From positions 1 to 53,643 of IMG/VR virus record IMGVR_UViG_3300042890_000620: a stretch of DNA of 53,643 bases; one strand, given 5' to 3'. Position numbers and translations under genes: made by a program. Every line of letters starts with the position of its first letter. The first letter of the stretch is position 1. The notes under the pieces are model-generated. The model was not told where the DNA came from. It saw only the letters and a program-made list of their open reading frames with translations, and searched no databases. This document shows, one piece after another, positions 8,403 to 16,328 of the stretch. Origin of the DNA: a virus (taxonomy: Duplodnaviria; Caudoviricetes).

Positions 8403-8918
8403 TTATAAATATCTACCTTTTTTTCTTCTTGCATTGTTTACATTTATATTTGGGATTTCTGAATAATTTTTAACACACTTGAATAACGGATAATCTGTAT
8501 AATTGTCAAGCAAATAATCCACTAAATTGACTCTATAATTCTCTGCTATGTTACGATACTTAGTTTGAATTATACTCATGCCTGAACTATCTAAGGGTTG
8601 AGCATTATCTGAACTACCTACCATTAACGCTTTATTCTTTATTTTGTAATTGACATCTATTACTAACTCACTTACTACTTTATTGATTAGATAAGGTTGT
8701 ATGTAGTCAGTTAGCAATGTAGTATTTAAAGCACTTACGCTCTCAGCGTTTACCTGAGTGATTAACTCAGCGTATAAGTCCTTACCTATTACTTGCTTTA
8801 AATAGATGTCTTGAACCATTATTAATGTAGGTTGTAATAGTTTACTATCTACATTCTCATTGATTACGGATTGGTCTTTTATAACCTCTATACTTATAAA
8901 TTGTGGTGTTAAACTCAT
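8403..8918 (-). CDS. Head-tail adaptor/connector protein
   Basis: Helical 171-aa protein directly downstream of the portal; NENVD..L...I..VQD..L..VIG.DLY pattern. Confidence 0.6.
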   Translation of the reverse strand: MSLTPQFISIEVIKDQSVINENVDSKLLQPTLIMVQDIYLKQVIGKDLYAELITQVNAESVSALNTTLLTDYIQPYLINKVVSELVIDVNYKIKNKALMVGSSDNAQPLDSSGMSIIQTKYRNIAENYRVNLVDYLLDNYTDYPLFKCVKNYSEIPNINVNNARRKKGRYL

Positions 8919-8919
8919 A

Positions 8920-10716
8920 CTATTTTTTTCTTACTATTACTTGAGCGAAATAATGGCGACATTGTGGAAAATTTTGGTCAAGTTCGGAATTGTGATACCA
9001 ACCGCCTTTATACTTCCATACATCGGTGTTGTATTCTTTCATGTCATTGTTTAAATTGTCTATTTCCTCACGAGAATAAATCTTTTTATCTCTTAACATT
9101 TTGGCACAAAAAGTTCTATTTTTTGAGTCCTCAGGACCTGCATACTTCCATCGTGTTTCAAACTCTATCAATGTTTCAGGCTCTACTACTTCTTTAATAT
9201 CAAAGTTCGGTGCAGTTTGTGTACCGCCCAATGTACCACCCACTAAGTTTTTTTCAATTAACTTTTGCAATGCTTTTTCAACATCAAAATCCAAATCTTT
9301 TTTAGCTCTGTTAATGTCCAACTTTTTTAAATTCTTATCAATGATATATTTTAATAATGCATCTTCATCACTCGCAAATTCAAACTTATCTGCGCTTAAT
9401 CCTATCATTGCAAATTTAGACAAAATAATTGAGTCCATATTAGCATCTAAAGATTTTTTTGATAATTGTGTAGGTTGAACTTGTGTAAGGTTTAAACCTA
9501 TATTTAATTCATCTTCAATTATCTTTCTCAATTCCTCTTTACTTAGTACCGCCATTAACATTGACTCTGTTATTTCTAACCCTAAACCCTTTAATGGTTC
9601 AATTCTTAAAGCAGGTGCTAAACCACAAGTCTTTAAAATCCAATTTAATTCACGTTCTATTAGTTGTTGGTTTGGTTCAATATAATTTATATTTAACATT
9701 TTCCATGCTAAATCTAATTCAGAACGTACACCTAATTGACCCTCTGTTTTAATTCCAAACAACATACCATTAACAACTTCATGACCTCTGATTATTCTAT
9801 CTTGTACGTCTGTTTTTAAAGACTCAAATTGCTTATCTAAATCAGTTGGTTTAATGCTTTCAATTTTAGGTGCTTCGGTGTTAAGGTCAGCAAATTGTAT
9901 CATTATTTGTCCTGCGTTATCGGTATTGCAAAACTTATCGTAAAACTTACGCTCTATTTCGTCTTGTTCTTGTGGACTTGGCACACCACCCATTAAGGTA
10001 ATCATTGCCCCTGCACTAAATCCTGTTTTAACATTCACTAAGTGAAAATTTGAAACTTCAATATCGGTTTCAATATCAACTATACTTGCATGATATTCAG
10101 GAAGTGGATAACCTCTGAACTCGGGTCTTGTATCATAGAAGTAAACTAATTGCACACCCTCTTTTTTGTTCGGGTCGTATAAAGGTATTATCTTAACATC
10201 TTTAGGGAGTGTGTTATATCTACTTTTAAAGTTTTTCTTAGTTGATTGGTTTTTTGTCCATTCTTTTGAAACATATCCTACTTTGCCATCGACACTTAAT
10301 CTTACTTGTTCATAGGGTTGATGAAAGATAGATGTAAGTTGACCGCCTACAAATAATACCTTGTAAAAGTTACCTCCAAATATCTTTCTATCTTTTAATA
10401 TCTTGTTTGTTAATTCATTAAGGTCATCATAGGGATTAGGATTATTAATTAGTCTTGATAGTTGTCCACTTTCAAAACCATCTTTAATCTTCCATCCTTG
10501 CCCTAAAATAAACCTAACTTTACCATTTACAATAGCGTGATGTAAGCCACATCTATTATATAAGTAAGTAAGATAATCAGGGTACTCATTATTCGTGCCA
10601 TTGATTATAAATTGTTCGCCATTGTTTTCAATAAATTCAGGTGTCTTATGCTCATACATCGGCACACTTGAAAACGCATATTTACGCTCCAAAGACTTTT
10701 CGGGTTGTTGTTCCAT
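8920..10716 (-). CDS. Portal protein with a C-terminal MuF-like extension
   Basis: HHAIVNGK..ILGQG, YPLPEY, NAGQ and IIRGH portal-like motifs; C-terminal RTFC...GG...CRH motif. Confidence 0.85.
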   Translation of the reverse strand: MEQQPEKSLERKYAFSSVPMYEHKTPEFIENNGEQFIINGTNNEYPDYLTYLYNRCGLHHAIVNGKVRFILGQGWKIKDGFESGQLSRLINNPNPYDDLNELTNKILKDRKIFGGNFYKVLFVGGQLTSIFHQPYEQVRLSVDGKVGYVSKEWTKNQSTKKNFKSRYNTLPKDVKIIPLYDPNKKEGVQLVYFYDTRPEFRGYPLPEYHASIVDIETDIEVSNFHLVNVKTGFSAGAMITLMGGVPSPQEQDEIERKFYDKFCNTDNAGQIMIQFADLNTEAPKIESIKPTDLDKQFESLKTDVQDRIIRGHEVVNGMLFGIKTEGQLGVRSELDLAWKMLNINYIEPNQQLIERELNWILKTCGLAPALRIEPLKGLGLEITESMLMAVLSKEELRKIIEDELNIGLNLTQVQPTQLSKKSLDANMDSIILSKFAMIGLSADKFEFASDEDALLKYIIDKNLKKLDINRAKKDLDFDVEKALQKLIEKNLVGGTLGGTQTAPNFDIKEVVEPETLIEFETRWKYAGPEDSKNRTFCAKMLRDKKIYSREEIDNLNNDMKEYNTDVWKYKGGWYHNSELDQNFPQCRHYFAQVIVRKK

Positions 10717-11080
10717 TTGTAAAAATTATTCTATCTGTTAAAATTTTATCGTATCTCATTAGTCCACTTTCTACCATTTCATTAGATAGTTTATAATCTA
10801 AATTAGTAGTTGATACCTGAGCATAAATATAGTATTCGTATTCATCCCCTAAACTTAATTTAAGTTGCCCTAATAAAGGATTGGGAGTGGTTGTTTGTGT
10901 TGTTATTGTAAACTTGTTATAACGTGTTTTGTAGGTGCTTGTATCCGCTTGGATACATACATATTCTACATTGGTCTGTTTATTAACAAACCTAAAAAGG
11001 TAAGTAGGTGCATTAATCGTTGTCTTTTCAGTCAACGTTAAGACTACTATGTTTGCGGTATTTTCTTGTAATAATATCAT
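10682..11080 (-). CDS. Putative virion structural protein (possible head closure)
   Basis: Beta-rich 132-aa protein between the tail tube and portal genes. Confidence 0.55.
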   Translation of the reverse strand: MILLQENTANIVVLTLTEKTTINAPTYLFRFVNKQTNVEYVCIQADTSTYKTRYNKFTITTQTTTPNPLLGQLKLSLGDEYEYYIYAQVSTTNLDYKLSNEMVESGLMRYDKILTDRIIFTNGTTTRKVFGA

Positions 11081-11085
11081 GTTTT

Positions 11086-11116
11086 AAAAAAAGGGGTGTC
11101 AATCTCTCAACACCCC
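11086..11116 (-). terminator. Rho-independent terminator after the capsid and tail-tube genes
   Basis: Minus strand GGGGTGTT-loop-GACACCCC followed by T7. Confidence 0.8.
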
Positions 11117-11140
11117 CTCCCCATTTATGAAAACAACACT

Positions 11141-11650
11141 TTATGCTATCAATGCAGCAATAGCTGATGACTCAATTTTAAGGACATCTAACTTCTCTTC
11201 GCCTGTTAAGGTAATTACATAGCCACTCATGTCAGCCGCAGCCGTACCCGTAGCGTATCCACCCTCTGCTATTTGTAACCCTCTTGAAGTTCCGAATAAC
11301 CAATACTCGCCATTCTCATCTAAAACAATAGCAGCAACTGTCTGAGCAGCTAAAGCCATCATTTCGTTTCTTTTGGTAATATCGTATTTCGGTAAGTTCA
11401 TTGTTACGTTCTGAGCAAAGAAACGACCACCTACTGCTCTATCTCCACTTGGCACTGATGTTGCTGAACCTCCACCAACGGGTACTTCATAGGCGTAAAA
11501 TTTCTTGCCACCCACCATAGTGATTGTAGCAATTCCTGATGAAACCGCAGGTGTTCCAATTCCGCTTAACTCTGCCAAGTAGATTTTAGATATACCGCCC
11601 TTTGAAGAGCGGCAATCCAAACTAAATCCTGTGCTTAATATACAACTCAT
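11141..11650 (-). CDS. Major tail (tube) protein
   Basis: MSC.L..G..LDC....GGI..IY start and GY.ITLTG.E end, as in Bacteroidota siphovirus tube proteins; follows the capsid gene. Confidence 0.7.
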   Translation of the reverse strand: MSCILSTGFSLDCRSSKGGISKIYLAELSGIGTPAVSSGIATITMVGGKKFYAYEVPVGGGSATSVPSGDRAVGGRFFAQNVTMNLPKYDITKRNEMMALAAQTVAAIVLDENGEYWLFGTSRGLQIAEGGYATGTAAADMSGYVITLTGEEKLDVLKIESSAIAALIA

Positions 11651-11669
11651 AAGTTATAAAATTAAAGGG

Positions 11670-12626
11670 TTAAACTAATTTAAAGGTAACTAACTCATCA
11701 CCGAAACGTATTTGAGTTCCTAATTTCGCAATCAATCTAGCGATGATAGTGTTATCTTTACGCTCATAGAATACATCTAAAGACTCATACTCATTCGGTG
11801 CATCTGTACCAATAACATAGTTTGATTTTCTTGTTAAGTGTATTCTGTTAGTTCCTGTCAATCCATGTAAAGCAGTTACTCTTAATCCAAATGATGGTAT
11901 AATTATAGAACCTGTCGCATAAGGACTAGCTTCTTCTGTTGCACCATAGTGGAAGTTGTTAAGTGTAAAGTACGCTTGTAACAATTTTCTAAAAGTATCC
12001 CAACCACAAACGAACTCTAAATCAGTTTGACCTGCAAGTGAGTTAGGGATTAAGTTAACCATACCATTGAAAATTCCGATTACGTTACCTGTAGTAATAC
12101 CTGTACCTGTTGAGATTGAAGTAGGGTTACCATTGATTGGACTTGCAGCGTCTATGATTTGATTAAAACCAATTACACCACTTGCACCACCTGTAACACC
12201 TTGCCACAATAACACCTCAACTGCTGCTGCTACCTTTGCAGTATAGTACTCAGCGAACGCAGCCTCAATTGGCATATTCTCGTAAGTTGAACCTTGTGGT
12301 AAGAATTGTTGCGTGTAAAAAGTTTCTAAGTCTGATGGACAGAAAGTCTTTTGGTCATAGAAAGGATATACTTGAATTTCTTTTTTGTCGAAAATCACAT
12401 CACCTGATGAAGTCAATCCACATCCTGATTTAGCTCTAAGAGTAACATCTACATCCATGTAGTTGATTTGCTCTTTGAACTTGATACCTGATTGAACTTG
12501 TCCGCTCAAGTATTGTGAAGTCGCATTACTGAAGACCGCCTTAGTGAATAACTCAAGATTTGTTTGGTCAACGTAAGCAGTTAAGTTATCGGTATCAAAA
12601 CCGAATTTTAATTTTAAATTTGCCAT
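11670..12626 (-). CDS. Major capsid protein
   Basis: 318 aa, directly after the protease/scaffold gene; FCP.DLE, LLWQG and GF..I motifs. Confidence 0.85.
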   Translation of the reverse strand: MANLKLKFGFDTDNLTAYVDQTNLELFTKAVFSNATSQYLSGQVQSGIKFKEQINYMDVDVTLRAKSGCGLTSSGDVIFDKKEIQVYPFYDQKTFCPSDLETFYTQQFLPQGSTYENMPIEAAFAEYYTAKVAAAVEVLLWQGVTGGASGVIGFNQIIDAASPINGNPTSISTGTGITTGNVIGIFNGMVNLIPNSLAGQTDLEFVCGWDTFRKLLQAYFTLNNFHYGATEEASPYATGSIIIPSFGLRVTALHGLTGTNRIHLTRKSNYVIGTDAPNEYESLDVFYERKDNTIIARLIAKLGTQIRFGDELVTFKLV

Positions 12627-12634
12627 TTGTTTAT

Positions 12635-13774
12635 TTATTTTATTTTTGTTTGTTCGTATTTGAATTGTGAAGTTAATCCATCTAAGTAAGACTTAGGTTT
12701 AGATTGAGTGTTAAATGAATGTTGAGTAGGTTCAGCAACTAAAGTCTTAACTAACTCCAAAACATCTTCGGTTAATTTGTTTGACTCTTTTATTTGTGCG
12801 CTGAATTTCTCTTCTACTTTGTTGATTGATTTCTCAAAGTTTGATTTCAACTCTGCATTTTCAGTTTCCAATTTAGTAACCATTTCAGTTAATTTTTGAA
12901 TAGCCATTTCTTGCTCAGTCATTGGTTTAGCAACCGCAACAACTTGACCACCCTCAATGCTGATGACCGTTCCATCTTCAAAGGTATGTTCGCCATCAGG
13001 TGCAGCCGTTCCATCTTCTAATAGTACGATTGTACCCTCAGCAAGTTCGCCCTCGTACATTACTTTAGTTCCATCGGTCAACATAGCCTCAGCCATTTTT
13101 ACCTCTTCCTCTTTTTTCTCTTCAGGTTTTACATCTTCTGAGAATAGAGATTTTGCTTTTGCTACCAACTCATCGAGTTTTGATGTAGCTACTTTTTTAT
13201 CTGTCATATTTATTATTGTTTGAAATTCTTTTAAAAATGTTTGTTGACTAAACTCTTCTTTAGTCGCAAAGTTGCCCTCTATTGAAAAACCTTTAACTAT
13301 GCCTGTTTTAACGTAATCATTCCACACTTGCTCATTGTTTACTTTAACAAATGCGAATAAGCTACCATTGGGCAACTCTTCAAATCCTATCGGAGTATTA
13401 ACCCCTAATTCAGTATTGATTATAAAGAATTGTTGGATGTGCATATCTGCCAACTCTTTCTTACTATCGTGTTCGAAATTAAAAGCAGTTAGTTTATTGT
13501 TTAATACCATCCTGTCCGCTAATTGCTCAATAGTTTCAGAACTAAATTTAACAAAGAACTCCTTGCCATTCATATTGCGATACATTGGGAAATCAGCAAC
13601 CATTAATGCACCTGCCAATATTCTTTTATCTTCGTTGTGAGTTTTGAACTCGTAAGACTTATGCTCTTTAAATGCCATCCAATTACGCTGTATTGCAGGA
13701 TTTTCAACTAACGCTGTGGCATCAATTCCTTGCTCTAACTCTTCTAACGTTAATTCGATTATTGGCAATTCCAT
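12635..13774 (-). CDS. Prohead protease (XkdF-like) fused to scaffold
   Basis: LVENPAI, GALMVAD, NFEH and VWNDYVKTG.VKGFSIEG motifs; acidic coiled-coil C-terminus with APDGEH. Confidence 0.85.
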   Translation of the reverse strand: MELPIIELTLEELEQGIDATALVENPAIQRNWMAFKEHKSYEFKTHNEDKRILAGALMVADFPMYRNMNGKEFFVKFSSETIEQLADRMVLNNKLTAFNFEHDSKKELADMHIQQFFIINTELGVNTPIGFEELPNGSLFAFVKVNNEQVWNDYVKTGIVKGFSIEGNFATKEEFSQQTFLKEFQTIINMTDKKVATSKLDELVAKAKSLFSEDVKPEEKKEEEVKMAEAMLTDGTKVMYEGELAEGTIVLLEDGTAAPDGEHTFEDGTVISIEGGQVVAVAKPMTEQEMAIQKLTEMVTKLETENAELKSNFEKSINKVEEKFSAQIKESNKLTEDVLELVKTLVAEPTQHSFNTQSKPKSYLDGLTSQFKYEQTKIK

Positions 13775-13781
13775 CTACTAC

Positions 13782-13809
13782 ATAAAACAATCTTAATTTT
13801 TTATTATTG
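13782..13809 (-). promoter_or_regulatory. Putative phage late promoter CAATAA-N6-ATTAA-N2-TTGTTTTAT, copy 1
   Basis: Same motif and spacing at 20180-20207 and 21402-21429; 7 nt upstream of the protease ATG. Confidence 0.75.
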
Positions 13810-13827
13810 TTTTTTAGATTAATGTAC

Positions 13828-13835
13828 TATATTTG
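13828..13835 (+). promoter_or_regulatory. Bacteroidota -7 promoter element TATATTTG
   Basis: TAnnTTTG match; the 11-mer TACTATATTTG recurs at 13931-13941. Confidence 0.5.
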
Positions 13836-13867
13836 TAATGTTTTTAAGATTGTTTTTCATAAGCATT

Positions 13868-13892
13868 AAACCCCTTTTCGGAGGGGTTTTTT
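13868..13892 (+). terminator. Rho-independent terminator with a TTCG loop
   Basis: AAACCCCTT-TTCG-GAGGGGTTT followed by a T run. Confidence 0.8.
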
Positions 13893-13933
13893 GTTACCCT
13901 TTAAAAATAGTTTTGTAATTAAAAAATAAATAC

Positions 13934-13941
13934 TATATTTG
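13934..13941 (+). promoter_or_regulatory. Bacteroidota -7 promoter element for the plus-strand gene pair
   Basis: TATATTTG 8 nt upstream of the ATG at 13950. Confidence 0.65.
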
Positions 13942-13949
13942 CTGACATT

Positions 13950-14195
13950 ATGAAAGATAAAGTTAGCAACTCGATATTTGCTATGTTTTTAGTAGCAACA
14001 AATAAAATCACTTTAACAGACAAAGAGGTTTTAAAATACGCAAAGGAATATAATTTTAAGTATAAAATACTTTTAAGAAATTATAAGTTAGGAATTGAGT
14101 TTAAAAAAATGGTTTTAAATAACTCTTTAGGATTTAAAACAGATACCTATTTACATATGATTTCTAACGCTCAATATAAAAAATTACTTAAATAA
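13950..14195 (+). CDS. Hypothetical basic protein (moron-like, opposite strand)
   Basis: Lies in a gap with no minus-strand ORF; has its own promoter; very AT-rich. Confidence 0.7.
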   Translation: MKDKVSNSIFAMFLVATNKITLTDKEVLKYAKEYNFKYKILLRNYKLGIEFKKMVLNNSLGFKTDTYLHMISNAQYKKLLK

Positions 14196-14197
14196 TT

Positions 14198-14428
14198 ATG
14201 AAATTTAAAACATCATTTGATACAGATAATTTATCTTCTTTTGTTAAAGAAAGTAAACCTAAAACTTATAAAGTAGAATTTAATAAAGAATTAACTACTA
14301 TAATTGTATTTCACATTAACAATCTATCATCAAGTCACAAAAGTAGAATAATCAATAAGTACAATTTAGAACAATGTAAGTCAAATGGCATACCATATGA
14401 ATTTATAAAAGTTGATTTTATTGAATAG
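14198..14428 (+). CDS. Hypothetical protein whose N-terminus resembles the major capsid N-terminus
   Basis: KFKTSFDTDNLSSFV versus capsid KLKFGFDTDNLTAYV; starts 2 nt after the upstream stop. Confidence 0.7.
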   Translation: MKFKTSFDTDNLSSFVKESKPKTYKVEFNKELTTIIVFHINNLSSSHKSRIINKYNLEQCKSNGIPYEFIKVDFIE

Positions 14429-16328
14429 TCGCTTGAGTAAATATTCCGTCTACTTTTCTAGTCACTGACCTTATATCAGTTTCCGTTACAAAAACTTTGG
14501 TAGCAGGTTGCTGAGTTGGTTCGTTAGATGTTTGACTTCCTCTTATGTTGGGAGGTTGTACTGAACCACCGCCTGAGCCACCTCCTGTTATGTTCTTAGC
14601 ACCACTTAACCCTGCTGCACTAATTGAGGCAATACTTATCCCTGCTCTTACTTTTGCTGCTATTATATTAGTTGCTTTAATTGCTGCACCACCATCGGGT
14701 AACAATGACCATGTTGGATTTGCTCTATACGCTGCTATTTCTCTTTGAGTACTTACAATTACATTTGCTATTGCTGCACCTTTTTCTAATGCTAAAGCCG
14801 TTAATGCTGCTGCTTTATTTTTACCTGCTAATTGATTTATTAATTGCCCTGCTTGTTCTGCGGTTTTTGCTATCTGTTCTATTCTTACATTGTCAGCCTC
14901 TTGTTGTAAGGCTGCATCTTCAGCATCAAATTGTAGCTTTTTTTCTCTTAAAGCGTTATCCTTATCAGTTTGTATTTGTGCTAATAAATCAGCGTTGCCT
15001 AATGCAAGTTCTTGTTCTTTTCTATATTTTTCTGATATATCAAATAGTTCTTTATCTCTAACTGATAAATCATCTATTCGTCTTTGTTCTATTAGTTCGC
15101 CATACTTTTGATTTGCCTCAATTTCCTTTTGCTCTCTTATTTCCTCTGACTCATCGGCTATATCTTGTTTTGCTTTTTTATCATCCTTTAATGCTTTTTG
15201 CTCATCATCAAACTTTTTTAATAAATCATTTTGCAAGTCCTTAGCTCTTTGAAGTGCAGTCTTTTTATTGTCATCAAATATTTTCTCTTCCTCTTCTTTT
15301 TTCTTTTTTGCTTGTTCTGTTCTTTTCTTTGATGCCTCTTGATTTTCCTTATCTACTAAATCTTGTTTGCGTTTAGTTTCCTGAGCATCTAATACGGCTA
15401 TTGCATTTAAAGCATCTTCATAAGCATCCGTTTCTTCTTGACTTGCACCTGCTTTTTCTTTCGCTATCTTTAAGGCTTTTAAATCAAGTTCCATTAACTC
15501 CTTTTTCTTTTTATAAATAGCCTCAACACTTGCACCTTGTGCCTCCATTAAATCAATCTCTCTTTGCATTGATTTGCTTTTAGCCTTATCAGTTTCAATA
15601 GACTTTTCTTGTTGCCTTTCAGCCTCACTACTAAATCCTAAAAAGTCCATAATTGCATTTTTAACATTAGTAAAGACTTCGCCTAATCCTGCTAACTGAG
15701 GAACAAACTTTAAAACTATATTTCTAAGTTTGTCAAAGTTGTTAATCAATAAAGAAATAATAGCTATTACTGCACCTATCCCCAAAGCCATTCCTGCAAT
15801 TCTAAACAACTTCATTGCACCTGTTGACTTACCTATTGCGGCTGCATATCTACCCTTTACAAATGTAGCTATCTTTTCTTGTACACTTGTTTTGGCAACT
15901 GCTGCTGCACTATCCCCTTGTAAAGTATTATTGACTGCTTGTAGTCCGTTTAACAATGCCGTTGCGCCTTGCAACTTAACCATCGTCTTTTGTAAATCCT
16001 CATTTTCATCTCCGAATAAAGCCATAGCACCTTGAGCCGCTGTAAAGCCTCCAATGATACCCGTTGCCATATCCCCAAAACCTTTTAACATTACATCCGC
16101 CCCATCGGTTGCCAAAGCATTAACCCTATTATTAACGTCTTTGATTTGGTCTTTCATTTTACCTGCTTTAATGATACCCTCATCAAATGCTTTGCCCGTT
16201 AATTTACCTGACTGCAAATCATTCTGTAATTCCCTAAGTTGGGTTTTTAGGTTCTTGGTTGCCTCAGCCGCTTTACCTACGGAGTCATTACCCTTTATGT
16301 CTATCGTTAATTGTACGTTCTTTGCCAT
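14418..16328 (-). CDS. Tape measure protein
   Basis: Long helical Ala/Gly/Lys-rich protein with hydrophobic stretches and a charged coiled coil; KVFVTETDI C-terminus. Confidence 0.85.
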   Translation of the reverse strand: MAKNVQLTIDIKGNDSVGKAAEATKNLKTQLRELQNDLQSGKLTGKAFDEGIIKAGKMKDQIKDVNNRVNALATDGADVMLKGFGDMATGIIGGFTAAQGAMALFGDENEDLQKTMVKLQGATALLNGLQAVNNTLQGDSAAAVAKTSVQEKIATFVKGRYAAAIGKSTGAMKLFRIAGMALGIGAVIAIISLLINNFDKLRNIVLKFVPQLAGLGEVFTNVKNAIMDFLGFSSEAERQQEKSIETDKAKSKSMQREIDLMEAQGASVEAIYKKKKELMELDLKALKIAKEKAGASQEETDAYEDALNAIAVLDAQETKRKQDLVDKENQEASKKRTEQAKKKKEEEEKIFDDNKKTALQRAKDLQNDLLKKFDDEQKALKDDKKAKQDIADESEEIREQKEIEANQKYGELIEQRRIDDLSVRDKELFDISEKYRKEQELALGNADLLAQIQTDKDNALREKKLQFDAEDAALQQEADNVRIEQIAKTAEQAGQLINQLAGKNKAAALTALALEKGAAIANVIVSTQREIAAYRANPTWSLLPDGGAAIKATNIIAAKVRAGISIASISAAGLSGAKNITGGGSGGGSVQPPNIRGSQTSNEPTQQPATKVFVTETDIRSVTRKVDGIFTQATIQ

